DNA of 43,309 nucleotides from Neophaeotheca triangularis (taxonomy: Eukaryota): positions 1 through 43,309 of the forward strand of contig BAAIJX010000099.1 of assembly GCA_054600435.1 (NCBI GenBank). Reading direction: 5' to 3'. The position numbers and the translations under genes were made by a program. Below, in pieces: positions 13,703 to 25,830 of this stretch. How positions within the stretch are numbered: position 1 is the first letter of the stretch; every line of letters begins with the position of its first letter. The notes under the pieces are model-generated. The model was not told the origin of the DNA, did not search any database, and saw only the letters and a program-made list of their open reading frames with translations.

Positions 13703-13918
13703 AGATAGGGATGAATGACAGTGGCGGCAAGCAATGGCGCAAAGGTCAAGGAGCAAAGCATTCGGCAAGGAAGACGAAGAAGAAGGAGCACCTCACTCCC
13801 ATCACAATCTTCACCGAGGCAGATTGCAATGTGTCTTAAGTGAGCTTGTTTATACCCTACAGAGCGAGCAACCTCTTCGGCCATTGCTGTAATCTTCTGT
13901 TCAACAGCTTTTCTAATC

Positions 13919-14960
13919 TCATGATGTCTTCGCAGCGCACCGATAGCAATCTCCACGGTCCAAGTACACCACTGTCACCCCAGTCCGCGCGCGGGACGGC
14001 CTTTGTGAAGTCACCCCATGGACAGAGGAAGACGTCAGTCGTCATAGTGGAAAGGGACAATTACCTTAGGCTTCACGAGTTGAATAAGCTGTACGCCTTG
14101 AGTAGCGTCCATGGTTACCTTCAATAGCGGCACATTAGGACTCGGTATGATGGTTCTACCCACATGCACGAGCTTGAGATCGATATCCTGGCCTTCGTAT
14201 CGCTTCGGGATCTTGTGAAGCTCATCCGCCATCAAGTTGTTTCCTGGTAGATGTGGTAGCCGTTCTCGAAGGAATCGCCTCCTGCATCATGCATGTGGCC
14301 AAGCTCCACCATCCAGCCGTGGGTAGGTGGCACTGCGCCCAAAATGTCGTTTGCAACATCGAGCGGACCAGGTAGAACATGCTTCCCAGGCATACCAGTC
14401 ACCTTGACAGCCGGCATTTTCCCCTCCGTCGCCTTACCTTTCCTGCACCTCCACCAAACCATTCTCCCACGACACCAAACCATATACTTGGCTTAGCCTC
14501 TCTCCCTCCACCTTGCTATCCACCAGCCATTCCTTTGCGTGCTCGTCGTCAGTCATCGGCAGCTCCCTTCCCAGGCTCTGCTCTAGTCCTAGTCGAAGTC
14601 ATCCGCGTGATAGTGGCTAAGAAGTACAGCATCAGTGGGTGGCAACTCGTGCAATCAACTGCTGGTTTCGTTCGACGGGGTCCCGTGACTACAGGCCCAA
14701 GATGAACGTGGTCACCAGCGTGCAGGAAGTTGGGGTCGGTCATGAGCCGGATGCCTTCCCATTCTCTGTTGAGGGGGGTATCGGCAAGCCGACGCGGGTG
14801 AGTCACCTGGTTGATGAATAGCCTTACAGTATAGTCGTAGCAGTGCCTAGCTGCCCGTAGGCTTTGTGTTTCTTTCAGTCGCGGTGAGCCCGTCTCATAG
14901 GCGTAGTGATCTTCAGGATGGTGGCGGGTCGGTGTTTGAGCCACATTGTAGATCGAATAA
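13919..14960 (-). pseudogene. Metallo-beta-lactamase-fold (Zn hydrolase) pseudogene; 5' end approximate
   Basis: Fragments in shifting frames: GTATTIL|EWEGIRLMTDPNFLHAGDHVHLGP (intron 14827-14766); frameshift to HELPPTDAVLLSHYHADDFD*D*; VKVTGMPGKH..VPPTHGWMVELG; VTMDATQGVQLIQLVKP..PFHYDD; VYLDRGDCYR. The HxHxDH motif is degraded to HYHADD, and there are several frameshifts and stops. Confidence 0.85.
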
Positions 14961-15994
14961 GAACACGTGACCGGGCGTTTGGATTCCCAATTTTCCACTA
15001 CTTGTACTCACCCGAGCCAGCAAGTTGGTACGTGCAAAGCCTTTTGTCACGTTGGCGCCCAGTCTTCCTCTTCCAACGTCACTGTACTACTCCTTTCCAT
15101 TACAACACATCTTTGATTGAAACATACAGACCAGAGCAATCTGCATGCAGTATTCAGCTCCCCTGCAGAGCTCGCACCAGCCCGACCAAGCACATCCAAC
15201 TCGAAGGCGCGCTGTTTTGATCACGCCACCTTTCCAAAGCACATTCCAGCATACACCAAAAGCAGTTACCCGAACGTAAGAGGGCAGGCTGTATCGTCTG
15301 CCTGTGTGCCCGCCAGCTCGTCGAGGTAAGCCTCGAGAAATACTATCTGATACATCATCGCACCACAAAACAACTCTCATCTGAGTTCGAGGATGAGGTA
15401 GGTAATTAATGCTGCAAGCCTGACTCTTCATCACCCATTACAGTTATTGGTCCCACCAGGAGGAAGTGACACTTCCCTTTTTGTAGCGCCGATGACAGAC
15501 ATAAAGCAAGGAGACTTTGGAATTCCGTCCTGACGGTACGGTCTACTGGGCATCCGAGGCTACGAAAATGCCTTTACGAAACATTCAATATCACCTTCGG
15601 ACCGCATGGCCTTGTTCGAGACGTCTAATGAATGCACGTGTTGATCGAGCGGCACCCCGATGTCCTAGACTTCGTTATGCAATGCTCCCGCCCGAGAAAG
15701 TATTCATCAACATGGAGCACATTCCGACAATTACGCCTAGGCTTTGTAGCCCCAAGCCTAGGGCTCGCCAAGGTAGAGCGATTCACCCCGATCAAGCTAT
15801 AGGCATAGGAGCCGAGCCGTAGGGCATTCACTTGGAAGAGCTATAACCTTGGCTCATTCCGCTCGCTGAGGAGACTACATTGGCCCGGACTTCAGTTGGC
15901 ATGTACATAGTACGCCAGAGTCCAACAAGGCGTCGCACCCCTCTCAGCACTCAACTGATAATCTCAATCGACACGTTCTGGTCTTGACAACAAG

Positions 15995-18900
15995 ATGCGA
16001 CATCTACAGATTCTCCTGCCATTGTGGTGGTCAGCGTCGGCATTCGGCCAGACGCAGAGGACAGGTGCGTATCACTTCTGTCTGAGTGCGGCCTTCGAAC
16101 GCTGACCAAGGCTAGATCCCGTTGTCATGACCGTGACAATTCACCGCGAGTGCATTATACCAACGAGCACGCGCTTTTTAACCCCGACCGCATGCCAGTG
16201 CCCAGCCAACTACACGTTTCCAACGCCTATCGCAAGCAGTCCTTCCATGGAGGACGTGACTAACACTACCTCCACTGCTTACAGTTTCGACCTAGCGGAG
16301 CGGACATCAAGTACCAGTGACCGCGTCACTAGCACCGCTCTTGGTATGCCTTCTTCAGCGGCACTGACGGAGCTGCCAATCCCGCCCGAGTCGGGCCCTC
16401 CATCCGCCATTTCGATCCATCCAAGCCCGACTCTCAGTGCGTCCCCGGCCTCTTCGACGCCCGCGGCGACTTGCAATATTGCGGCTCCCTTGGCTATTGT
16501 TTGTCCTGCCTCCAATGGCACACTTTACACGCCCGCTGGAAGATGCGAGGGCGGGGAAGAGAGCTACACTATCGTATGTGGCGTTGACTTCCAGGGTGAA
16601 GAATACCAAGCTGTATCGAACGTTCTCTCCATGGAGGACTGCGTGGACTATTGCCAAGCCGACACGAGTTGTGTGGCTGTAGCCTTCGATGTCAGCACGA
16701 ATTACTGCTACCAGAAAAGCGGTATGTCGATGGGTAACTCTTGGCTCAGTCCAAATATCATACTTGCCTTCAGGGAGTCGACACATGACGAGTCAAACGT
16801 TCAGACATTGGAAACGCCGGTGTCTTCGGTGTTCTCCGATACCACACCGCAAATTTCAATTGATGGACTTCCGGGCAGTACTCCAGACCCCACCACGCTG
16901 ACTGATACAACCACCAATGCACGTGACAGCGGCGGTGTGTCATCGACATTCAGTGCCAGGTCTACAGTTTACACGGGAGTCACAAATGCGATCACATCCA
17001 TACCTTCGAACGTCGGATCTGCCGTTTCGCCTATCGCCCAAGCTAGTACGTTGCCCGCCCCGTCGACAAGCCAAAGCGCGTCGGCTGAGCCTGCCTACAC
17101 CTGTCCGGCCGTCGACGGACAGACGGTAGGAGACCAGTATAGGAATGAGTTCATTATACATTGCTATGGGGACGCGGTCGACAATGCCCTGGGCGAGGGG
17201 CGAAAGCTCAAATCTCGCGCTATAGAGAACTACTATGTCACCTTTGAAGTGACTACTTCCTGGAACGAGTGCTTCAACATCTGCCAGAACAACCCTTCCC
17301 CGACAGGACTTTGCAATTCTTTCACTTACGTTGGCTCCGAGAACGGGAACGGCCCAGGTACCTGCTATCTCAAGGATGGAACCAGTCAGCGGTTTGTAGA
17401 AAATATGGATGCGGTCACGCATATTGCCGCAATCAAGCGTGCCTACTACTTTGAAGAGGCCTCTTTGTCGACCCGGAGCGCGAATACGCAAGCATCGAGC
17501 AGCATTTCACAAAACGATGTTTCCACTGCCTTTACTACGCCGGGTCCAACGCTTACTGGCGTTGTTACAACGCCAGACTCGATTAACTCATCGCAGGATG
17601 ATTCACCGTCGCAGCGCAGTGCCTCGGAGCCCACGTCTACATCTTCCGCCACCTCCAGTGCTGTCTTGTATTCCGAGGGGACCAGCTCCACCTCGCCCGC
17701 TGCCAGCACTCCTGATGCCCTCACAAGCAACGAGTCGTTTCCAAACCCAACCAACAACAATGCGAATCCCTCTGATGTTGGCGAGGTGTCTACAAACACA
17801 TCGATGGTCGAGCTTACGGGTGTAATAGCCACGCCTACCAGCACCTTGTCGACGGGAGAGAGCACTTCAAGGTCTGAGCCTGTTTATTCCATCACCACAT
17901 CTCATAATGATGAGATTTCGACTTCGAGCTCTAGTCTTGGATCAAGGACTGCATCTGCTCCACTTCAAGATACGTCCGCAGATGGAAGTAGTACTAGCTC
18001 TGAGTACAGTGCTTCCGCAAGCGCATCTTTCGATGGTTGGAGCGCAATCCGAAGCTCAGCTTCCGAGATATCTAGCATGGGACCACTGCCGCCCAGCACT
18101 GCTTCCAGTATAGACCCAAATGGAGTCTCTACGATGAGTGAGATCGGTGCGTCAGCGACCGCGAGCAGCCTTACAGACCTGGATTCTCCACCGTCTCTTA
18201 GTATCGAGACCTCGACTTCCTCCGACCTCCTTTCCAGCATAATTGAGAACCCATTCGGCGTTTCGAGCACAGAGGTCACGAGGCCCTCCGACTTGTCCTC
18301 GAGCTCAATCGATACTACATCTAGCACATCTTCTACGGCCCAGGCGACAAGCAGTAGTGCAGCATGTACACCCAATGTCATACCACGAGCTCTGTGTCCT
18401 GTCGACGATTATTCCATTCCCAGCAGCCTTGAGGATGGCACCCAGTATCAAGTGTTGTGTTCCACGGAACTTTGGGATGCTGCCGAAGATATGGTCTTCG
18501 ACGTTGCCACCCTTGAAGATTGCATTGCCCAATGCGATACTGCAGGGCCGACGTGTGCTGGTGTGTCGTGGGTTGATCCTATCAACGAGGGAGGCTACGA
18601 TTTGGTGTGTTACTTGAAACATACAGGCCCCCTGGCGTATTCAATCGCTCCTCCAGACATCAACAGAGGGCGCAGAGTCGTTCACTCGGCCACTCGAATT
18701 ACCGGTCCTATACCTCCTCAGTGTCCACAAAGCCATAGTGCAATTTATTTTGGCACTGATGGCTCACAGTTCCTCGTCAAGTGCGGCTCAAACATAGATG
18801 GAATAGCATTTCGGCAGGTCGCAGCAGGCTCGCTCGCCGAATGTGCGGAATCCTGCTCGTCTTTTGGCACCCAATGTCTTGCCAGCTCTTGGGCTGAGTC

Positions 18901-21900
18901 TGCGGCTGAAGCGCAATGCTCATTGTACGTTCAAAGCATAGGCTCGGTTAAGTCCGCAAGTTCTCATTCAGTACACCGAATCACTGGGCAAGCTTCAGGC
19001 CGTTCGAGCACGCAAGTCGTACAAGGAAGTGACTTTAGCACTTGGTGGGACTGGACGAGTGTGCCCAACCGCGCAGGCATGCGCTTCGAGCAGGAATCGG
19101 ACGACAATTCCTTTATCGCGTAAGTACACCGCTCCACAAGGACCCCATACACTGACAGAAGGGTAGACTCGTCATATTTCCCCTTTCGCTTGGACCGGAA
19201 TACGGAGGATCAGCCGTCTTGTGGCAATCAATACCCGAATCGGGCGGTTTACTATACTTTGCGAACGTTCGAGCTAGCATCCGTAATATCACACCCGTGC
19301 CACCGGGTGGAACAGCGAGCCGCTGCCAGCTCTTACTCACGACTGATGGTGAGCAGACTCTGGCTGCAGGCTCCCTTGTGCAAGATAGTAGTTCACAAGA
19401 CGAATACTTCCAAGCGAGTGGGATTCTTCCGGCAACTGCAAGTCGAATCGATTTGCAGGTCAGTTGCGAGGGCTCAACCAACCTAGGCTTCGTCGTTCGA
19501 GAAATCTCGCTCTTCACATACCCTTCGAGCGGCTCTAAAGAACAGCGACGCTCCGTGCAAGTACTGCAGAATACCGAGTTCGACAACTGTACCATGGAAC
19601 CTTGGGTATTGTCATTTGACAGCTTCGATGAAGGCTCTACTGTCTCCTTGCCGGGTGAAGACGCCACTTTCCTCCCACCATGGTCTGTTCTGCAGTTTCC
19701 AGCTGACGGTAACATACTGTACGTGACCACTCATCAAATATCGGCATTTACTTTCCGACAATATCACTAACATACTTGAGCAGCGAGTTGACTGTCGCAC
19801 CTAATCCCGATTGGAGATACACCCGTTTCGTGGGCCAATTGGCCCAAACGCTGCGTCAAACTCGCGCAGCTTCGACCGGACAGACGTACTCTCTGGATGC
19901 AGAAGTAAACATCACGATCCCCATAAACGACAGCCCCACGTCCAACTGGTGTAGGTTGCGGTTCAGAGCAGAGACCAGCATTGGCGCGCAGGAGATCACA
20001 ACGACGGAACTACTTATCGGTGACCAAAGTGTCTCGGTTAAAGCTACTGGCATTTTCGACCAGGAGCCACAAGGGCTTTTTGTCGACATGGACATCCTAG
20101 CCAGAAGTGTCGAAATAACTGTGGCTATCGACAGTATCCATTTGATGCTTGAGCTACCTCCAGTCGACACTCTTGACCCAAGTACCCCAACAGCGGCTTC
20201 CAGCATTCCCACATCCTCGATTGCCTCATCACCCTCTCTCTCGTGCGCTACACCTACTTTGGAACCTGCGGTACCCGAATGTCCACTCGCAGACGGTACT
20301 ACATATACCGGGTCAGATGGGTCGGTCTGGGAGATTTATTGTGCTCAAGGGGTCAGTGGAGTCAACTATGAGATTTCCACATTTGAGGATACTTTCGAGA
20401 TCTGCATTGAAAGCTGCGCTCGCGCTGGGTCAGAAGCCTGTGGCGGTGTCGAGTATGCGGATAACGGGTCAAGATCGTAGGCATCTTATCGCCCCACTTG
20501 TTGACTGAAAGCTGACGCTACGTTTTAGATGCGATTTCAGGCCTATTGGAGCATCACGTTTCAGCGCACCCTGGGTATGGAATCGGGTGGCGATCAAAAG
20601 GACGAGCTTCGGAGAGCCTGAGCCAGAAGAACCCGTAGTCCCCTCATCAGGAGGCATAGAACAGCTTCTCAATGGCGACTTCGCCGCAAGCTCTTTGGAT
20701 CCGTGGGTAGCAGGGCCAGGGACGTCTCAAAACAATATTGTCGTATCTGAAGGCAGAGCGTGAGTTGCAATACTCGGTTTCTTATGGCTGTGCTATGTTA
20801 CTGACACACTGCAGGGTAATGACTTTCACACCGACGAATGGACGTATAGAACCCCTGGCATTCTTTCAAGAGGTTGTTCCTGCAGCCATTGACGGCCAGG
20901 TTTGGTCCTTCAAAGCCAACGCCTACATTGATGTAACGGGCGCCCCCAGCGATGCTGTTTGCCATGCTTCGATCTTCACCGAGAACGAGATTCTACAAAG
21001 CCGGCTTCGCTACACTGCTGCCACAACTGGCCTCGGGGAATTTACTGTGGAAGCCCGGGGTACTTTGAAGTATTGCGCAACTCGCCTGACGCTTTGGGCT
21101 GTCTGCCAAGCGAAGACGGCATCCACTTTTTCATGGGATGATATTCAGCTTACGCTTTACCCGGTTGAAGACAGTGAACCAGGCACTTTGGAACCCGTGG
21201 ACTCCTTCCCCGATGTAACCTCGATTACAGATTCTTTTGCTCCTGCCGAAACAGGCAGCTTGGCTTCTACTGACGCCATTTCGCCTGAGGCGACCTCGTC
21301 TAGTGACTCCCCGACTTCAAGCTCCTTTGTCGCTGCAGAATCGACAGAAATCTCATCGTCGTCGTCTGAGCTGATCACGTCGACAAGCTCAGTAGTAGCC
21401 TCGCCTACCTGTGTGCCTGCCGGAGCCCCTCCCTCAAGCGAACAAATCGTCTTCAACGGAGACTTTTCGCAACACCCATGGAGCTTAGAAGGGTGGGAGA
21501 TCGCTGGGGGAAGCGGCTCTAGTAGCACTCGCTTGGAGGATGAGCAAGCGTGAGTCTGACAAAGCACCGAAAGCACTTGCCCAACTAACTTAGTCTCAAG
21601 TGTCGTCGATTTCAGGCCATGGAACCCGTGGGTATCTAACGAAGCAACGATCCGACAGGAATTCCCAGCGCCCGGTGTTCCTGCAGGCCGAGAATTCACC
21701 CTTTCCGCGGACATACGCGTGACCTTTTCAGGTGGACAATTCTCCGAGGACACCTGCGACGTTTACATCGAGAATCAGTATTCAAGAATACTGTTTTCTC
21801 GCGAACGGATTACCACAAACATACAGCTCACAGTATCCTTGCCTGCGAGTACGCTTGATCACGACTTTCGGTGGATCATCTTGAGGTCCATCTGCAAGGG

Positions 21901-23188
21901 CAACAATGAGATGAGGGTTGCTTTCGATAATGTATTTGTGAATCGACTACTGCCGAGCTGCGATCCTACCCCAACAACGTCTATCGAAGCAACCACTGCT
22001 GCGCCTCCAGCCTGTTCGGGGAGCCAAGCCATTTGGAACAGTGATTTTGGACAAGGATCCGGCTGGTTTTCACTCTCAACGACCCATGGAGCTCCCATAA
22101 ATGTTGTTTCTCTAGTAGGCTCAATGTGAGTTGGATGCTGGCGAGAGCCACGCCTGTGTATTCAATCATTCAGCCAGCTAATACATCGAAAGAGTTGTGA
22201 CCATCAACGCTCAACAAGTTTCGCAACCTGCCGAAGCGCTTTTCCGCCAGGAGCTTCGAGGCAGCTGGTCTACTGGTCGCTGGTACTTACTGACTGCTCG
22301 AGCCACCATACGCATGACGGATGTCGACGACAACAACTACTGCTCAATTTCCTTCCAGACAAACCCGCGTGACATCGTGGCGCGAGAGGTTCGAGGTGTC
22401 GAATTTACGACGCTAAACATTCGAGAAGAAGCAGTGCATCCAGAACGAATATATCAGTTGAGCTTCAGTTCAATATGCTATGGGAGTGCTTTGATGACAG
22501 TCACATGGGAAAACATTGAGCTGCACATCTACGGAGAGCCGACCTGCAGGGAGCCATATCTCATCCCTGAGTTCCCCACGAGCTTGAACACCTGCGTTCC
22601 CGCGGGCTCGGCGCCGATCCGAAGCCAAATCGTATCGAATGGCGGTTTCGAGCGAGGCCTCGAATCGTGGCTCGTGACTGAGAGCTCTTCCTCCACCATG
22701 AACAACTATAGAAGCCGCCAAACAGTCACCGCTGAGGGAGGCCAAGCGTAAGTTTACCACCTCTACTGGAGGCGTGTTTGCAGGCCCGCTAATATTGTTC
22801 CAGAGTCGTGCGACTACAAGCAGTCGGCTCGATCCAATGGGAATATACAGACATAAGCCAGACTCTGTTGTCTCCAGGCGCTGTTGCCGGTCAACCTTGG
22901 CGCTTAACCGCTGAGATCACCGCAAGCATGCAACCGCGCTTATGGAACGAACCTAACCGCTGCAAACTCATCTTTCGCACCGAGTTCGAGACGCTAGTCA
23001 CCCATACCTGGTCTGACAACTCAGTACGGTCTTTTATAGATCAAGATGGAGTTTTCAGGCGCGACTCGGACCGATTCACGCTTCGTTCTGAATGCATCGG
23101 CACAGCTTCCTTAGTTCTGACTTGGGATCATGTTCAGCTAGTCGTTGGCCTTCCAACGTGCCCGCAGGAATTGGCTATGATTGAGTGA
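15995..23188 (+). CDS. Large secreted Ser/Thr-rich protein (2249 aa) with 5 PAN/apple-like Cys repeats and 6 CBM-like beta-sandwich repeats; exons 15995-16064, 16116-19119, 19167-19718, 19784-20476, 20529-20759, 20815-21549, 21601-22125, 22193-22747, 22804-23188
   Basis: Signal peptide MRHLQILLPLWWSASAFG. Eight GT-AG introns with branch sites join the listed ORFs in frame (6750 nt). Repeats of the type CP..DG..Y..C..C...C...C..(CYLK) and Q...NGDF....W separated by S/T-rich linkers. Confidence 0.85.
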
Positions 23189-24810
23189 GCTTGTCACGGT
23201 ATGCAATGAGATAGGCGTGCGTGGGGGAATCTGGTGTTCCGATAGAATCTCTCTTGAGGTAATAGAGAACTTCCAGTGGCCAGGAATCATTTCACGCACA
23301 GTACGTACTCCCATTACCGTACCAATACACGATTCTCAAGCTGCCCTTTTGCCAAACGTATGGTGGTATACACCTCTTCTCCTTTACGATGCTTTGAGTT
23401 ACATCATGGCTCGGATGATACTGAGGCTCGGTACAGGCAGGAAAGCACTCGAGACCTGCCATCCCGGATCGTGTCAGTAAGAGCCGCGCTCTAGGTTGAG
23501 ACATTTTTTCTAAGCGCAATCACCTCCCATTAAGAAAGCGTATACTTTGATACTCGAAGCAACATCCCCCTGGAGGCCGCTGCAAACTGATAAGAACCTT
23601 AACGCCGGGGGTCGCTTTGCAGTCGCAGACAGCGGCAAAGGGGACTGGTGAAACACGGGGAATCCACCGCATCTGTCTAGTCATTTCAAGTCCGTGATCA
23701 AATAAGATACTGTACAAACCGACATCAGCGTCTGCAGTTGCCCAAGACACTTCCACGTCGACATCATCGTCGCAACTCCAGTCAGACTGCGTCAACGATA
23801 CCTTATCTGGCCATGGTAAATTTGAAATAGGTTTCATAACCGCGTACCCCAATCCAGGTCACCACAGCAGAGCCATTCCGAGCTCGCGACCAGTCCTGCG
23901 CTCGATATGTCTAGCTCAGGATGCGGGAATCTTTGCTGTCGACGCCCTCACAATCTTATCCGACGAGATCGAAACGCACTTGTGCTAGTGACGAGATAGT
24001 GTCGTTTGTGGCGCGCGCGCCGCGTGAGACGCGGGTGGATTAGAGGCGAGAAGCGACGCTCTTTTATTATGAATCGCTGTGCTTTCCCAGCTCCTGCCCA
24101 AATGCAGGGTGGCAGTGTCGTGCTATCAACGGAGCTGAGGACGTCTAATGATAGTAGTAGAGAGGATAGTATACCTTTTGGGTGCCTGATGTCGGTATGG
24201 AACACCACACTGCGCAGCCACCATGGCGCTAGACTGGATAATAAACCAGACCAGCAATGTCGCTAGACAACTCCGTCGGCGGGGGTTGATTGCGTGTTGG
24301 GAAGAAAGAGACCTGGTACGAGCAACAGCAAACTCGCCAGCTCAAAAATTGTTTCATACACGTATTCTGGATAAATAAAGCAAAGAGATATGGTATAGTC
24401 CCAACCCAGCCGGTTAAACGCCTTTCAAACGCCTTCGTACCGTTTCTCTTCACTCAGGAGAAAAAGTCTGCGAAACACACATGTCTTTCCAATACGCCTC
24501 AAGCGCCAGGCTTGCTAACAACTGGTGTTTCGCGTTCGTGTACGTTCAATCGTTCGGGCATAAGTGTCGGGTCTTGACTCTAGGTCCGTGTGGTTTGGGA
24601 GGGGCGTTAATTTTCGTTGTGGGTGGTCAAGTCGTGTTGAGAAGAGGCAAGGAGTGCATTGCGGCGGGGTTGGTAGGAGCACGGCTGTGCGTCGAAGGTT
24701 GATGAGGCTTTTGCGTCGTCGAAGCAATCATCAGTTTTGGGGACGAGCGGAAGCAGCTGGGAGGTCGATTGTAAGGGCTGATGTCGGAGTTCGGTTCGAC
24801 CGAGCATCAA

Positions 24811-25830
24811 TCACTTCGTACCAGAATCATTGCTTGCATTCACCGGAGGTGCTGGCGTTGTCGATGACGAAGAAGAGGTGGCTTCAGGAGGCTTAATCAC
24901 CTCCGCATCCTTCGACGCATCCTTTGACACCGAAGTGTTGTCGACTGGCTCTTGCTTTACAGCGGTCAACGGCTCTGTCGACGACTCTTTCGAATCGTCC
25001 GAAGCCTCTTCGACCTTTCTCCTCTTGCCCTTGGGCGCGGGATCAAGCGGCGTCCGACAGTACGTAACGGTCCGGGTGACGGTTTGTCGCACGCTGACTT
25101 TGCCGGGCTTGGTCATTGCTTCGGATTGCTCGTACTCGCGGGGAGAAAAGGATGCGCTCCAGGGTGCTGCGCTCAATGGTGTGCTTACGTAGGGTGAAGG
25201 AACGGATTGCGCTGACCCGACGGCGGGCGAGAAGGGTGATTGAGGAATCTTCAGTCTTCGTGGCGTGCGAGCAGATCGAGGGGCGGGTTTCGCAAAGGGA
25301 GAAGGCGGGATAGTGACACGAGGTGACTCCGGGCGTGGTCTTGTAGTGCTCGTGGATGAGCCTGCCGCACTACTAAAGGACGCGGCACTTTGCTCGGATG
25401 ACTGCGTCGTTGTGGAATCGTATGATGTGTTGCGGGATAGCGAGATGGGTTGATCGTAGGAGCCGTTGCGAGACAAGGCTGGCTCAGAAGTTGGCGGACT
25501 GATTGAACACTTGTCCGTGCGAGGCGCGGAAGCTGTGTCGGAAGTTTTGTCGTTGAAGCTGAAGCGAGTGCTGGTGCCAGTTGGAGCAGGGCTCATCAAT
25601 GCTGGTGACATGTTCTTGAGGTAGTCCAGGTAGGCGGACGGCGGGGTGATGGGAGTCTTGAGGCCTTCCTCTCGTTTGACATGGCTGGGTGACTCGATCA
25701 TGGGACTGCGAAGCTCCGAAGGGTATGTGCCAGACTGAGGGGTTTGCAAAGTTGGAAGACTGTTGCCTCTCTTCGATTTGTTGGGTTGAGTTGCCGCCAT
25801 GGTTGCGATGGAAGTAACAGCAGCAGCCAT
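24811..25830 (-). CDS. Ser/Pro-rich, probably nuclear, hypothetical protein (~339 aa; alternative start at 25800)
   Basis: Long intronless ORF. Ordered-looking blocks LKTPITPPSAYLDYLK and VSVRQTVTRTVTYCRTPLDPAPKGKRRK (NLS-like); many SP/TP sites. Confidence 0.8.
   Translation of the reverse strand: MAAAVTSIATMAATQPNKSKRGNSLPTLQTPQSGTYPSELRSPMIESPSHVKREEGLKTPITPPSAYLDYLKNMSPALMSPAPTGTSTRFSFNDKTSDTASAPRTDKCSISPPTSEPALSRNGSYDQPISLSRNTSYDSTTTQSSEQSAASFSSAAGSSTSTTRPRPESPRVTIPPSPFAKPAPRSARTPRRLKIPQSPFSPAVGSAQSVPSPYVSTPLSAAPWSASFSPREYEQSEAMTKPGKVSVRQTVTRTVTYCRTPLDPAPKGKRRKVEEASDDSKESSTEPLTAVKQEPVDNTSVSKDASKDAEVIKPPEATSSSSSTTPAPPVNASNDSGTK

Noticed and set aside
23189..24800. Short ORFs after the giant secreted protein as extra exons or an anchor
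   Set aside because: The last exon ends in a clean TGA, and I found no convincing further repeat unit, TM or GPI signal downstream.
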